Below are positions 11,310 through 21,783 of a DNA stretch of 64,000 nucleotides, in pieces. The stretch covers positions 26,179-90,178 of the forward strand of contig CAJTQU010000007.1 in assembly GCA_910578665.1 (NCBI GenBank). Reading direction: 5' to 3'. Position 1 is the stretch's first letter. Every line of letters starts with the position of its first letter. Both the position numbers and the translations under genes were made by a program. Under the pieces are notes generated by a model, which was not told the origin of the DNA, did not search any database, and was given only the letters and a program-made list of their open reading frames with translations. The DNA is from an uncultured Muribaculaceae bacterium. GTDB taxonomy: Bacteria; Bacteroidota; Bacteroidia; Bacteroidales; Muribaculaceae.

Positions 11310-11690
11310 TTATTTAGTAGCTTTCTTTTTGTTAGCAACTGTTTTCTTGCGGCCCTTACGCGTACGCGCGTTGTTCTTTGTGCTCTGTCCGCGTACCGGA
11401 AGACCGATACGGTGACGGATACCGCGATAGCAGCCGATGTCCATCAGACGCTTGATGTTCAGCTGTACCTCACTACGGAGGTCACCCTCCACTTTGTAAT
11501 TAGACTGGATCACCTCACGCACAGCGGCTGCCTGGTCATCAGTCCAGTCCTGCACTTTGATATCACGGTCTACTCCGGCCTTGTCCAAAATGGTCTTGGC
11601 CGCGCTACGGCCGATGCCGTAGATGTAAGTCAAGGCTATCTCGCCTCGTTTGTTTTGCGGCAAATCTACGCCGACAATTCTTACTGCCAT
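11310..11690 (-). CDS. rpsM: 30S ribosomal protein S13
   Basis: 126 aa, [27 protein letters not shown]... Confidence 0.95.
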   Translation of the reverse strand: MAVRIVGVDLPQNKRGEIALTYIYGIGRSAAKTILDKAGVDRDIKVQDWTDDQAAAVREVIQSNYKVEGDLRSEVQLNIKRLMDIGCYRGIRHRIGLPVRGQSTKNNARTRKGRKKTVANKKKATK

Positions 11691-11711
11691 ATACTTAGCT
11701 TAAAATTTTTG

Positions 11712-11719
11712 CAAAGTTA
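11712..11719 (-). promoter_or_regulatory. possible internal promoter -7 box (TAACTTTG) for rpsM-rplQ
   Basis: Plus-strand CAAAGTTA equals minus-strand TAACTTTG (TAnnTTTG), 22 nt upstream of the rpsM ATG. No clear -33 TTTG. Confidence 0.3.
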
Positions 11720-12022
11720 ATAATTTTTGAAGTTTTTCACGCCTAGTCATCCGCCGGCACAGCTGGTTTTCAACCGCGCCAGTATAAAAATTAAATAAAT
11801 TTAACCATTTTTAAATATACTTAATGACAACTCGGTTGTATCGGCGTGGCGCACTGCGTGCATCAAAATCCTTCTTTTACATCCGAAGACCATATTCACC
11901 ATCTAAGGCAGACTTAGCTCTATTTAAGGCGAATTTCTCCTTCGGGATGTGCGTCCCGGCGACAGTCTCGCCGCCAGTTTGCATTGACCACGAACCAGAG
12001 AGCGGCTAAGCTCTCCCGACTC

Positions 12023-12139
12023 TTAGCCCTGACGCTGCTTCATTTTAGGATTCTTCTTGTTGATTACATACAGACGTCCCTTACGGCGTACAATTTTGCT
12101 GTCGGGAGTGCGCTTCTTGATTGAGGCTCTTACTTTCAT
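12023..12139 (-). CDS. rpmJ: 50S ribosomal protein L36 (Cys-less form)
   Basis: Found by hand because it is below the ORF-track cutoff. ATG at 12137-12139, TAA at 12023-12025. Translation: [38 protein letters not shown] (38 aa). Canonical position between infA and rpsM. Confidence 0.9.
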   Translation of the reverse strand: MKVRASIKKRTPDSKIVRRKGRLYVINKKNPKMKQRQG

Positions 12140-12365
12140 TGTTTTTAGTTAGTTTCTATTAGATGTTTCTCTTAATAAACTATTTCAACGGGGACCGCCT
12201 GAATGAAAATTTTCCGGCTGGCGCCGGCAACGGGTATAAGCACGGAAATGCCGACCCTCAGACAATCACCCTGTCCCTTTCTCTCCGAATCCCAATGCAT
12301 AATCCGGAAACCGGTATATGCGGCGACACGCGGAAAAACCTCCCGTTATCCGCGCTACAGCCAGA

Positions 12366-12584
12366 TTATTTATAACGGAATGATATGCGGCCTTTCGACA
12401 AATCGTAAGGAGACATCTCCACACGCACCTTGTCACCAGGAAGAATCTTGATATAGTGCATGCGCATCTTACCCGAAATGTGGGCCGTGATCTCATGACC
12501 ATTTTCGAGTTCCACCTTAAACATCGCGTTTGACAATGCCTCGAGTATCACCCCGTCTATTTCAATTGCAGCTTGTTTTGCCAT
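12366..12584 (-). CDS. infA: translation initiation factor IF-1
   Basis: 72 aa, [53 protein letters not shown]... Confidence 0.95.
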   Translation of the reverse strand: MAKQAAIEIDGVILEALSNAMFKVELENGHEITAHISGKMRMHYIKILPGDKVRVEMSPYDLSKGRISFRYK

Positions 12585-12632
12585 AAAATTATTTAGATAT
12601 TTCTATTCGATATTTGTATCCTATATTCAAGA

Positions 12633-13502
12633 CTATGCATCCGCCTCCGCATCGGAAACGCCAGATTCCGCCTCGCCGGCAGGAAGTGGTTGTTCCGGTC
12701 CGGCCGCTATCAAGGCTTCGCCATAACCATTCCTGCGCATCTCCTGTTCTATGTAATAAAACGTAGTAAGTATCTCCGGACGGTCATCTATCATAGCGAT
12801 CGTATGCTCGAAATGCGCGCTCGGCTTGCGGTCGCGAGTTCTGCATTCCCAGCCATTGTCCGAAATGACTATGTTTTTGCTACCCAGGTTAATCATAGGC
12901 TCTATGGCTATGCACATTCCGTTGCGCAGAACCGCACCTATACCTCGACGCCCGTAATTCGGCACTTCGGGATCCTCGTGCATCTTTCTGCCTATACCGT
13001 GGCCGCACATCTCGCGAACCACGCTATAGCCCCTGCGCTCGCAATATGTCTGCACAGCATTGGCAATATCACCTATACGGCGTCCTGACTGAGCAGCCTC
13101 GATGCCTTTGTAAAGACTCTCCTTGGTAGCGCACAACAACGACATAACCGACTCAGAGACCTCCCCTACCGGGAACGTGTAGCAGCTGTCACCATGAAAA
13201 CCGTTAAGCTCGACCACACAGTCGGTCCCGACAATGTCCCCCTCTCGCAAAGCGTAGGAAGACGGGAAGCCGTGGACAACTGTTTCGTTGACCTCTATAC
13301 ACAGGGTGCCGGGAAAACCGCCGTAACCTAGACAGGCCGGGGTGCCCCCGTTATCACATATATACTCCCTAGCTATCGTGTCAAGCTTCTTGGTCGTAAC
13401 TCCGGGAGCTATCCATTTTGCAACCTCGCCTAACGTACGGCTGCACAATGAAGAGGCTGCCCTCATTAGCTCCATGTCTTCAGCTGTCTTGAGATATATC
13501 AT
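12633..13502 (-). CDS. map: type I methionine aminopeptidase
   Basis: 289 aa with an M24 fold and metal ligands in ...FHGDS..., ...GHGIG..., ...EP.... An acidic/Ala-rich C-terminal tail of about 35 aa extends beyond the usual length. Confidence 0.9.
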   Translation of the reverse strand: MIYLKTAEDMELMRAASSLCSRTLGEVAKWIAPGVTTKKLDTIAREYICDNGGTPACLGYGGFPGTLCIEVNETVVHGFPSSYALREGDIVGTDCVVELNGFHGDSCYTFPVGEVSESVMSLLCATKESLYKGIEAAQSGRRIGDIANAVQTYCERRGYSVVREMCGHGIGRKMHEDPEVPNYGRRGIGAVLRNGMCIAIEPMINLGSKNIVISDNGWECRTRDRKPSAHFEHTIAMIDDRPEILTTFYYIEQEMRRNGYGEALIAAGPEQPLPAGEAESGVSDAEADA

Positions 13503-13634
13503 CGAATCGGATTTATCATAAGTTTACCCACAGGACTAACTACCGGCTCTGACGCACAAGTGATGCAGCGCCGCATGCCAATGCTAATTCTGTGGATAAT
13601 CTCATAAGTTTTAAGGTTCAATAAGTGCACTGTG

Positions 13635-14981
13635 TCAGAAAGCCCCCTGACCGGTTGTGCGCCCCTTTATACGGCCGTCTTTCATCAGGCCGTCATAGTG
13701 ACGCATAAGCAGGTGGCCTTCCACTATACGCAGCGTGTCGAGTATCACACCCACGAGAATCAGCAGCGACGTACCGCCAAAGAATTGCGCAAAGCTGCGG
13801 TTAAGACCGCAGATATAGGCAATAGCGGGTAGAATAGCCACTATTCCAAGGAATATGGAACCCGGCATTGTGATACGGCTCATGATTGTGTCCAGATACT
13901 CCACGGTCGGCTTACCAGGCTTGACACCCGGGATAAAACCGTTATTGCGCTTCATGTCTTCGGCCATCTGTGCGGGCCGCACTGTGATAGCTGTATAGAA
14001 GTACGTGAAAGCTACAATCATTAAGAAGTATATCAGATTATACCAAAAGCCATACATATCGGTCAATGCCCCCCAGAAACCTGTGCCCTCGGTATTGAAA
14101 CCGGCAAGTGTGACCGGAATAAACATGAGCGCCTGGGCAAAGATTATAGGCATGACACCGGCCGCGTTGACCTTTAAGGGAATGTACTGGCGAGCGCCGC
14201 CGTATTGCTTGTTGCCCACAATACGCTTGGCGTACTGCACAGGCACTTTGCGAGTGCCCTGTACCAGCAATATGGCACCGGCTATGACGGCCAGCAGTAT
14301 CACGATCTCAACCAGGAACATAACCAGGCCGCCGCCGGCAGAATTCAGCAAACGCTGGCTGAACTCCTGTATGAAAGCCTCAGGCAGACGGGCTATGATA
14401 CCTATAAGGATGATGAACGAGATACCGTTACCCACACCCTTCTGGTCTATTCTCTCGCCAAGCCACATGATGAACATTGAGCCGGCAGCCAATATGACAG
14501 TCATAAAGGCTATGTTTATACCGCCTATCTGTTCCGCCGCGCCTACCGCCCCGGCAGCACTGATCTGCGCGCGCAGGTTAAGCAGGTAGGCCGGGGCCTG
14601 CAGCACCAGTATGATCACTGTAAGCCAGCGTGTATACTGGTTGAGCTTCATACGGCCGCTCTCGCCCTCGCGCTGCATCTTCTGGAAAGAAGGAAGCACC
14701 ATGCCTAACAACTGTATCACGATTGACGCTGTAATGTAGGGCATGATACCGAGCGCGAAGATAGAGGCTTGCGAGAAAGCACCGCCCGAGAACATATCAA
14801 GCAACTGCATCAAGCCCGAGGAGGAAAACTCCTTGAGCTTGGTGAGGTCGTCTGGATTGATACCCGGGAGTACCACGTAACACCCGAAGCGGTAGATTAT
14901 GACAAGCAGCAACGTGATGCCGATGCGCTTGCGCAAATCCTCTACGCTCCAGATATTTTTTACTGTTTTTACAAATCCCAT
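13635..14981 (-). CDS. secY: preprotein translocase subunit SecY
   Basis: 448 aa, 10-TM pattern, between rplO and map. Confidence 0.95.
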   Translation of the reverse strand: MGFVKTVKNIWSVEDLRKRIGITLLLVIIYRFGCYVVLPGINPDDLTKLKEFSSSGLMQLLDMFSGGAFSQASIFALGIMPYITASIVIQLLGMVLPSFQKMQREGESGRMKLNQYTRWLTVIILVLQAPAYLLNLRAQISAAGAVGAAEQIGGINIAFMTVILAAGSMFIMWLGERIDQKGVGNGISFIILIGIIARLPEAFIQEFSQRLLNSAGGGLVMFLVEIVILLAVIAGAILLVQGTRKVPVQYAKRIVGNKQYGGARQYIPLKVNAAGVMPIIFAQALMFIPVTLAGFNTEGTGFWGALTDMYGFWYNLIYFLMIVAFTYFYTAITVRPAQMAEDMKRNNGFIPGVKPGKPTVEYLDTIMSRITMPGSIFLGIVAILPAIAYICGLNRSFAQFFGGTSLLILVGVILDTLRIVEGHLLMRHYDGLMKDGRIKGRTTGQGAF

Positions 14982-14987
14982 TGTTTA

Positions 14988-15440
14988 TTACATTTTAATT
15001 ACGGTTCCACCTGCGGCTGTGATAGCCTCTTCAGCTTTTTTAGAGAAGGCATTAGCCTCTACCTCTATGGCCTTGGTCAGAGAGCCATTGCCAAGAATCT
15101 TGACAAGGGCGTTCTTAGATACAAGACCGGCTGAACGCAGGTCGGCAACTGTAATTTTTGCCAGGCCCTTGGCCTGTGCGAGGTCCTCAAGCACGTTGAG
15201 ATTGATGGCCTTGTATTCCACTCGGTTGATATTCTTGAAACCGAATTTGGGCACACGGCGCTGGAGCGGCATCTGACCGCCCTCGAATCCTACTTTGTGC
15301 TTGTAACCGGAGCGAGATTTCGCTCCCTTGTGACCACGTGTGGAAGTACCGCCGTAACCGCTGCCCGGTCCACGGCCAATTCTCTTCCTGTCCTTATTTG
15401 AGCCGACAGCCGGCTGCAAATTGCTTAAGTCCATTTTCAT
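14988..15440 (-). CDS. rplO: 50S ribosomal protein L15
   Basis: 150 aa, MKMDLSNLQPAVGSNKDRKRIGRGPGSGYGGTSTRGHKG... Confidence 0.95.
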   Translation of the reverse strand: MKMDLSNLQPAVGSNKDRKRIGRGPGSGYGGTSTRGHKGAKSRSGYKHKVGFEGGQMPLQRRVPKFGFKNINRVEYKAINLNVLEDLAQAKGLAKITVADLRSAGLVSKNALVKILGNGSLTKAIEVEANAFSKKAEEAITAAGGTVIKM

Positions 15441-15452
15441 TGTCAGTTCGTT

Positions 15453-15632
15453 TTATGCTTTGGTCACTTCCACAAGGTGACGTACGCGGTTTACCATTCC
15501 CATGATACAGGGGTTGTCTTCATGCTCCACAGTGTGGTTCATCTTGCGAAGGCCCAGGGCGTCAAGTGTTCGCTTCTGCACCTGGGGGCAGTTGATGCGG
15601 CTCTTAATTTGTTTGATCTTGATAGTTGCCAT
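15453..15632 (-). CDS. rpmD: 50S ribosomal protein L30
   Basis: Found by hand because it is below the ORF-track cutoff. ATG at 15630-15632, TAA at 15453-15455. Translation: MATIKIKQIKSRINCPQVQKRTLDALGLRKMNHTVEHEDNPCIMGMVNRVRHLVEVTKA (59 aa). Canonical slot between rpsE and rplO. Confidence 0.9.
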   Translation of the reverse strand: MATIKIKQIKSRINCPQVQKRTLDALGLRKMNHTVEHEDNPCIMGMVNRVRHLVEVTKA

Positions 15633-15641
15633 TTCTTAAGA

Positions 15642-16163
15642 TTATTTGCCGTTAAACACTTTGTCTACAGAGATACCACGGTTCTGTGCCACCTGTGCCG
15701 GGCTGCGCAGTTCAGCCAGCGCCGCGATAGTGGCCTTAACCAGGTTGTGGGGGTTAGAAGAGCCCTTGGACTTGGCAAGGACGTCGGTAATACCCACGCT
15801 CTCAAGCACGGCACGCATAGCGCCGCCGGCTTTCACACCGGTACCGGTAGAAGCAGGCTTGAGGAATACGCGGCTGCCGCCGAATTTGGCAAGCTGCTCG
15901 TGGGGTATGGTACCCTTGTGCACAGGCACGCGTATCAGATTCTTCTTAGCAGTCTCCACGCCCTTGGCGATAGCGGCTGTCACCTCGTTGGCCTTGCCCA
16001 GGCCCCAGCCGATCACACCGTCCTCGTTACCCACTACGACGATGGCGGCAAAGCTGAACGCACGGCCACCCTTGGTCACTTTAGTAACACGGTTGATGGC
16101 TACCAGGCGGTCTTTCAGCTCCAAATCATTTGTCGATTTTACTCTATTGTTCTTTGTTGCCAT
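15642..16163 (-). CDS. rpsE: 30S ribosomal protein S5
   Basis: 173 aa, ...[34 protein letters not shown]... Confidence 0.95.
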   Translation of the reverse strand: MATKNNRVKSTNDLELKDRLVAINRVTKVTKGGRAFSFAAIVVVGNEDGVIGWGLGKANEVTAAIAKGVETAKKNLIRVPVHKGTIPHEQLAKFGGSRVFLKPASTGTGVKAGGAMRAVLESVGITDVLAKSKGSSNPHNLVKATIAALAELRSPAQVAQNRGISVDKVFNGK

Positions 16164-16169
16164 GTGTTA

Positions 16170-16511
16170 TTAGAATTTAAGACCGGCCTTGCGAGCTGCA
16201 TCGGCCAATGATTTTACTCTTCCGTGGAACAGATAACCGTTACGGTCAAACACCACCTCGGTGATGCCCATCTCCTGTGCTTTCTGGGCCACTTTCTCGC
16301 CAACCTTGGCAGATATCTCTACCTTAGTGCCCTCTGCAATGCCTTTTGAGTCGGCAGCGCAAAGTGTGCGGCCGTTCAAGTCATCGATAAGCTGCACGTA
16401 GATGGCCTTGTTAGAGCGGAACACGCTCATACGGGGACGCTGCGCAGTACCGCTGATGCGGCCGCGGATACGCGCCTTGATTTTATTTCTTCTTGCTATC
16501 TTTGATACCAT
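16170..16511 (-). CDS. rplR: 50S ribosomal protein L18
   Basis: 113 aa, ...[20 protein letters not shown]... Confidence 0.95.
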   Translation of the reverse strand: MVSKIARRNKIKARIRGRISGTAQRPRMSVFRSNKAIYVQLIDDLNGRTLCAADSKGIAEGTKVEISAKVGEKVAQKAQEMGITEVVFDRNGYLFHGRVKSLADAARKAGLKF

Positions 16512-16527
16512 TGTAGTCGATTTTTAA

Positions 16528-17082
16528 TTATTTGGCGTTAGCCGATTTGCCTGACTTGCGACGGATAATCTCGCCGACAAACTTAATACCTTTACCCTTA
16601 TAGGGTTCGGGCTTGCGCAGCGAGCGTATTTTGGCACATACCTGGCCAAGCAGCTGCTTGTCGGGGCTTTCGAGGATGATGAGCGGGTTTTTGTTACGCT
16701 CGCTCTTTGCCTCTATCTTAATCTCCTTGGGCATCTTGATATAGATAGCGTGAGAGAATCCCAGCGAAAGCTCAAGCACCTGGCCTGTGGCAGTCGCGCG
16801 GTAACCTACGCCCACGAGCTCCATCTCTTTCTTGTAGCCCTCGCTCACACCCACTACCATGTTGTGGATAAGTGCGCGGTACAAGCCGTGCAGAGCACGG
16901 TGCTCGCGGTTGTCGCTCGGACGTGACACCAGGATACGGCCGTCCTCTACCTCTACCTTGATATCGGGATTTATAGTCTGTGAGAGTTCGCCTTTGGGAC
17001 CCTTCACTGTCACTGTGTTATCTTTAACCTGAATGCTTACGCCGGCAGGTACTTCGATGGGTGCTTTACCTATTCTTGACAT
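16528..17082 (-). CDS. rplF: 50S ribosomal protein L6
   Basis: 184 aa, MSRIGKAPIEVPAGVSIQVKDNTVTVKGPKGEL... Confidence 0.95.
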   Translation of the reverse strand: MSRIGKAPIEVPAGVSIQVKDNTVTVKGPKGELSQTINPDIKVEVEDGRILVSRPSDNREHRALHGLYRALIHNMVVGVSEGYKKEMELVGVGYRATATGQVLELSLGFSHAIYIKMPKEIKIEAKSERNKNPLIILESPDKQLLGQVCAKIRSLRKPEPYKGKGIKFVGEIIRRKSGKSANAK

Positions 17083-17100
17083 TTCAATACCTCCTTCTGA

Positions 17101-17499
17101 TTAGTAAACATAGCATAATACTTCGCCGCCGATTTTGAGTTCCTTGGCGTCTTTGTTAGTCATAACACCACGTGAAGTGGAGAGCACGGCGATACCCAGT
17201 CCGTTAAGCACACGGGGCATATCCTTATAGCCTGTGTACTGGCGGAGGCCGGGACGCGACACGCGCTTGAGGCCCTTGATGGCGTTAACCTTGTCAACGG
17301 GATCATACTTCAGCGCAATCTTGATCACGCCTGAGGGGGTATCACCCTCCATAAACTTGTAGTTGAGGATGTAACCCTGCTCGAAAAGGATCTTGGTAAT
17401 CTCCCTTTTCAGGTTTGACCCGGGAATTTCTACCACACGGTGACCCGCCTTGATAGCGTTCCTGAGTCGTGTTAAATAATCTGCAATAGGATCAGTCAT
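17101..17499 (-). CDS. rpsH: 30S ribosomal protein S8
   Basis: 132 aa, MTDPIADYLTRLRNAIKAGHRVVEIP... Confidence 0.95.
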   Translation of the reverse strand: MTDPIADYLTRLRNAIKAGHRVVEIPGSNLKREITKILFEQGYILNYKFMEGDTPSGVIKIALKYDPVDKVNAIKGLKRVSRPGLRQYTGYKDMPRVLNGLGIAVLSTSRGVMTNKDAKELKIGGEVLCYVY

Positions 17500-17758
17500 T
17501 TTTTTTGATGTTAAATTGATTCAGATTTTCTGAACAATATTTAATACTCTCTGATTTCAAATTTTATAACGGAACCACGCCTAATCCGCCCCGTGAGAGG
17601 AGGATGCCTCACAATATCGGGCATGGAGGTCGCTCCAATTTATTGATAACGGAGCGACTTCCATGTTTATTGTGCGGGCGGCCGAATTTATTTTACAGTG
17701 ACATGCGCACTGCGAAACAGCAAAACTGCCGCGCGGATTCCGCAATGGGAGGTGTGTC

Positions 17759-18061
17759 TTACCAGCTTGCTTTCTTAACACCGGGGATAAGGCCGGCGCT
17801 GGCCATCTCGCGGAATTGTATACGAGAGATACCGAACTGGCGCATATAGCCTTTCGGACGGCCTGTGATGGAGCAGCGGTTGTGCAGGCGCACGCGAGAA
17901 GCGTTCTTGGGCAACTTCTGAAGTTTGGTCAGAGCCTCGTAGTCGATGTTGCCTTCGGCATCAGCCAGGGCGGCCTTCTTAAGGGCAGCCTTACGCTCGG
18001 CATATTTTGCCACCATGCGCTGACGCTTTACCTCGCGGGCTTTCATTGATTCTTTTGCCAT
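17759..18061 (-). CDS. rpsN: 30S ribosomal protein S14 (long form)
   Basis: 100 aa, [28 protein letters not shown]...GVKKASW. Confidence 0.93.
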   Translation of the reverse strand: MAKESMKAREVKRQRMVAKYAERKAALKKAALADAEGNIDYEALTKLQKLPKNASRVRLHNRCSITGRPKGYMRQFGISRIQFREMASAGLIPGVKKASW

Positions 18062-18064
18062 CTG

Positions 18065-18610
18065 TTATTTCTCAGTTTTAAAGGGTAAACCAAACTGTTT
18101 GAGCAGGGCGAAGCCCTCTTCATCTGTCTTGGCAGAAGTCACAAAAGTGATATTCATACCGTTCAGCTTGGACACACTGTCAATGTTAATCTCAGGGAAG
18201 ATAATCTGCTCTGTGATACCCAGCGTATAGTTGCCGCGTCCGTCAAGCTTGGCGTTAATGCCCTTGAAGTCGCGGATACGGGGCAGAGCCACGCGGATGA
18301 GACGCTCGAGAAACTCGTACATACGGTCGCGACGAAGTGTCACCATAACGCCGATGGGCATTTTCTTACGCAGCTTGAAGTTCGAGATGTCTTTACGCGA
18401 GAGTGTGGGCACAGCCTTCTGGCCTGTGATAGCTGTCAGCTCGTTGATAGAAGTCTCTATGAGTTTCTTGTCCTGAGTGGCATCGCCCAGACCCTGGTTG
18501 ATAACTATCTTCTCGAGCTTGGGCACCTGCATCACAGTAGTATAGCCGAACTCTTTGACAAGAGCAGGCATAATTCTCTCCTTATAGTCTTTGCTAAGTG
18601 TTGTGCTCAT
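18065..18610 (-). CDS. rplE: 50S ribosomal protein L5
   Basis: 181 aa, ...[16 protein letters not shown]... One-nt TAATG overlap with rplX. Confidence 0.95.
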   Translation of the reverse strand: MSTTLSKDYKERIMPALVKEFGYTTVMQVPKLEKIVINQGLGDATQDKKLIETSINELTAITGQKAVPTLSRKDISNFKLRKKMPIGVMVTLRRDRMYEFLERLIRVALPRIRDFKGINAKLDGRGNYTLGITEQIIFPEINIDSVSKLNGMNITFVTSAKTDEEGFALLKQFGLPFKTEK

Positions 18611-18927
18611 TACTTGATCTCCTCTCCGGATTTTTTAGAATAACGTACTTTCTTTCCGTCCACAAACCTGTAGCCGATACGAGTGGCAGTGCCGCTCTTG
18701 GGATCTATCAGGCTGAGATTGGAAATGTTGATAGGGGCTTCCATCTCCACGATGCCGCCCTGGGGGTATTTGGCAGTGGGCTTGGTGCTCTTCTTGATGA
18801 TGTTCACGCCTTCTACGATGGCGCGGCCTTTCTTCACGATAATTTCGAGCACGCGGCCTTTCTTGCCCTTGTCGTCACCGGCATTAACTATGACGTTGTC
18901 ACCCTTTTTGATATGATATTTTGCCAT
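18610..18927 (-). CDS. rplX: 50S ribosomal protein L24
   Basis: 105 aa, [29 protein letters not shown] (KOW motif). Confidence 0.95.
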   Translation of the reverse strand: MAKYHIKKGDNVIVNAGDDKGKKGRVLEIIVKKGRAIVEGVNIIKKSTKPTAKYPQGGIVEMEAPINISNLSLIDPKSGTATRIGYRFVDGKKVRYSKKSGEEIK

Positions 18928-18951
18928 TTTCTTTACTCTGTTTAAGTATTG

Positions 18952-19317
18952 TTAAAGCACTTCGGGAGCCAGTGATACAATCTTCATGTTAGTGGCGCGC
19001 AGCTCGCGTGCCACGGGGCCGAAGATACGGCTGCCGCGGAGCTCGCCGGCGTTGTTGAGCAGTACGCAGGCATTGTCGTCGAAACGGATGTAGGAACCGT
19101 CGGCACGACGTATCTCCTTCTTGGTACGCACGACCACTGCCTTGCTCACTGTGCCCTTCTTGACATCGGAAGACGGGATGACGCTCTTAACCGATACGAC
19201 GATGATATCGCCGACCGAGGCGTAACGACGGCCTGTGCCGCCAAGTACATGGATACAGAGGGCCTCTTTGGCGCCGCTGTTATCTGCTACTGTCAATCGA
19301 GATTCAGTCTGTATCAT
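18952..19317 (-). CDS. rplN: 50S ribosomal protein L14
   Basis: 121 aa, [27 protein letters not shown]... Confidence 0.95.
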   Translation of the reverse strand: MIQTESRLTVADNSGAKEALCIHVLGGTGRRYASVGDIIVVSVKSVIPSSDVKKGTVSKAVVVRTKKEIRRADGSYIRFDDNACVLLNNAGELRGSRIFGPVARELRATNMKIVSLAPEVL

Positions 19318-19319
19318 AG

Positions 19320-19577
19320 TTACTTAACTTTTTCAATTATTTCCACAAGTCTCCATCTCTTAGTCTTGCTCAGAGGGCGAGTCTCCATCAGGCGCACTGT
19401 ATCGCCGACAGAACACTCGTTCTTCTCATCGTGAGCGTGGTACTTCTTTGTCTTATTGACAAACTTACCATAAATAGGGTGCTTCTCTTTCCACTTGATT
19501 TCTACAGTGATGGTCTTATCACCTTTGTTGCTGGAAACAACCCCAATTCTTTCTTTTCTTAAATGTCTTTTTTCCAT
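19320..19577 (-). CDS. rpsQ: 30S ribosomal protein S17
   Basis: 85 aa, ...[23 protein letters not shown]... Confidence 0.95.
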   Translation of the reverse strand: MEKRHLRKERIGVVSSNKGDKTITVEIKWKEKHPIYGKFVNKTKKYHAHDEKNECSVGDTVRLMETRPLSKTKRWRLVEIIEKVK

Positions 19578-19597
19578 TTCTACTAAAATTAATGGGA

Positions 19598-19813
19598 TTA
19601 GGCTTCAGCCGGTGTATTGGCCTGGGCCATTTCTTTCTGACGCAACACGGTCTTCAGACGCGCAATCTCGCGGCGGTCGAATGTGATCTTGGCGGGATTG
19701 TCGATGGGAGATATCGCGTGCGTTACTTTCAATTCACGATAAGCCTTCTCGGCGACCTCGATACGGTCGCGGAGTTCTTGGATGCTTAATTCCTTGATTT
19801 CTTCCTTTTTCAT
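19598..19813 (-). CDS. rpmC: 50S ribosomal protein L29
   Basis: 71 aa, [29 protein letters not shown]... Confidence 0.9.
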   Translation of the reverse strand: MKKEEIKELSIQELRDRIEVAEKAYRELKVTHAISPIDNPAKITFDRREIARLKTVLRQKEMAQANTPAEA

Positions 19814-19839
19814 TACTTATAGATTACTTTGTGTGGAAA

Positions 19840-20271
19840 TTACACGTTTTGAGTGGGATCATAGTCACGGCGTACCACAAACTTTGTGATAACCGGAAGC
19901 TTCTGGGCTGCAAGACGCAGAGCCTCCTTGGCCACGTCGTAGCTCACGCCCTCTACCTCTATCAGGATACGCCCTGGAGTTACAGGCGCCACGAATCCCT
20001 CGGGATTACCTTTACCTTTACCCATGCGGACCTCGGCAGGCTTCTTGGTGATGGGCTTGTCGGGGAAAATGCGTATCCATATCTGGCCCTGGCGCTGCAT
20101 GTAGCGTGTCACGGCGATACGGGCGGCCTCTATCTGGCGGCCGGTGATCCATTTTGACTCGAGGGTCTTTATGCCGAACGAACCGAAAGCGAGCTGGTGG
20201 CCTCTCTGCGCCTCACCTTTCATGCGGCCTTTCTGCGAGCGGCGGAACTTTGTCTTTTTAGGCTGTAACAT
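19840..20271 (-). CDS. rplP: 50S ribosomal protein L16
   Basis: 143 aa, [24 protein letters not shown]... Confidence 0.95.
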   Translation of the reverse strand: MLQPKKTKFRRSQKGRMKGEAQRGHQLAFGSFGIKTLESKWITGRQIEAARIAVTRYMQRQGQIWIRIFPDKPITKKPAEVRMGKGKGNPEGFVAPVTPGRILIEVEGVSYDVAKEALRLAAQKLPVITKFVVRRDYDPTQNV

Positions 20272-20296
20272 TGCTTGTTGATGTTGTTGTTACGTA

Positions 20297-21037
20297 TTAA
20301 CGATTGTTGTTTCTCTTGCGGAAGCCGCCACGACGGTTGTCACGACGGTCGAAACCGCCTTCGCGGCGTCCGCCCTTGTCAGCTGCAGAGAGCTGGGGGG
20401 TGAGCTCACGCTTGCCATAGACCTCGCCACGGCAGATCCAGACCTTGATACCGATGATGCCCACCTTGGTGAGAGCCTCGACCAGTGCATAGTCGATATC
20501 GGCACGCAGTGTGTGGAGCGGTGTACGACCCTCCTTGAACATCTCGGAACGCGCCATCTCGGCTCCGTTCAGACGGCCGCTCACCTGCACCTTGATGCCT
20601 TCGGCACCCATGCGCATAGTACCCTGCACTGCCATTTTGACTGCACGGCGGTAAGCTACCTTGTTCTCAATCTGGCGAGCGATGTTGGCAGCCACGAGTT
20701 CCGCGTCAAGCTCAGGACGCTTGATCTCGTGAACATTAACCTGTACATCCTTGCCTGTGAGCTTGACAAGCTCTTTCTTCAGATTGTCTACGTCCTGACC
20801 GCCGCGACCGATAATCATACCGGGACGCGAGGTGCAGATAGTGACGGTGACCATCTTCAGAGTGCGCTCGATGACAACACGCGATACGCTTGCCTTGGCA
20901 AGACGGGTGCGCAGGTATTTGCGGATTTTGGAGTCTTCAAGCAAGACATCGCCATATTTTTTGCCGCCATACCAGTTAGAGTCCCAGCCACGGATCACGC
21001 CGAGGCGGTTGCTAATAGGATTTACTTTCTGTCCCAT
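20297..21037 (-). CDS. rpsC: 30S ribosomal protein S3
   Basis: 246 aa, [25 protein letters not shown]... Arg/Gly-rich tail. Confidence 0.95.
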   Translation of the reverse strand: MGQKVNPISNRLGVIRGWDSNWYGGKKYGDVLLEDSKIRKYLRTRLAKASVSRVVIERTLKMVTVTICTSRPGMIIGRGGQDVDNLKKELVKLTGKDVQVNVHEIKRPELDAELVAANIARQIENKVAYRRAVKMAVQGTMRMGAEGIKVQVSGRLNGAEMARSEMFKEGRTPLHTLRADIDYALVEALTKVGIIGIKVWICRGEVYGKRELTPQLSAADKGGRREGGFDRRDNRRGGFRKRNNNR

Positions 21038-21045
21038 CTTGTCTT

Positions 21046-21450
21046 TTAAGCTTTAGTATTATCAATTGTGTCAACAAACAATGTCACGTGGTTAGAGCGT
21101 TTGCGGATACGATAGCCGCGGCCCTGGGGCGCGGGACGCAGACGCTTGAGCATGGGAGCACAGTCCACGAAGATTGTGGAGATATAGAGCTCGCCCTGGT
21201 CGGCTTTACGCTCGTTCTTCTGCTCCCAGTTGGCGATAGCCGAACGGAGCAGTTTCTCTACTCGGCGAGCGGCTTCTTTATTAGAGAACTTCAGGATGCC
21301 GAGAGCCTTGAATACCTCTACGCCACGCACCATGTCGGCCACCAGGCGCATCTTGCGCGGAGAGGTGGGGACATTGCGCAGTTTGGCGAAGTACTGGTTC
21401 TTACGAGCCTCCTTGAGCAATTCTGCTGATTCTTTTTTTCTATTACCCAT
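21046..21450 (-). CDS. rplV: 50S ribosomal protein L22
   Basis: 134 aa, ...[22 protein letters not shown]... Confidence 0.95.
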   Translation of the reverse strand: MGNRKKESAELLKEARKNQYFAKLRNVPTSPRKMRLVADMVRGVEVFKALGILKFSNKEAARRVEKLLRSAIANWEQKNERKADQGELYISTIFVDCAPMLKRLRPAPQGRGYRIRKRSNHVTLFVDTIDNTKA

Positions 21451-21493
21451 TGTATTTTGTTTCTTTCTTTATCGTGATTTGATATGCAGGGCC

Positions 21494-21763
21494 TTATTTT
21501 TTCTTATTGCCGGCATGGCCGCGGAAGTTGCGGGTGGGGGCAAACTCGCCAAGCTTGTGACCTACCATATTTTCGGTCACGTACACGGGGATGAATTTAT
21601 TACCGTTGTGTACTGCGAAAGTGTGGCCGACAAAATCAGGAGAGATCATAGAAGCACGGCTCCAGGTCTTTATTACCGACTTTTTGCCGGACTCTTCCAT
21701 GGCGGCTACTTTCTTTTCAAGCTTAACGCTGATAAAGGGTCCTTTTTTAAGTGAACGACTCAT
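21494..21763 (-). CDS. rpsS: 30S ribosomal protein S19
   Basis: 89 aa, [19 protein letters not shown]... Confidence 0.95.
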   Translation of the reverse strand: MSRSLKKGPFISVKLEKKVAAMEESGKKSVIKTWSRASMISPDFVGHTFAVHNGNKFIPVYVTENMVGHKLGEFAPTRNFRGHAGNKKK

Positions 21764-21783
21764 AGTGACTTAGTTAATCAAAT

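Noticed and set aside
13591-13599. Perfect DnaA box TGTGGATAA between secY and map
   Set aside because: It is a single isolated box inside an operon spacer, not a cluster, so it is not evidence for oriC.
15477-16211. 244-aa plus-strand ORF (plus 15646..16173, 175 aa) across rpsE/rplR
   Set aside because: It is antisense to two unmistakable ribosomal protein genes. The composition (Ala/Gly/His/Leu-rich, no motifs) is typical of a shadow ORF in GC-rich coding DNA.
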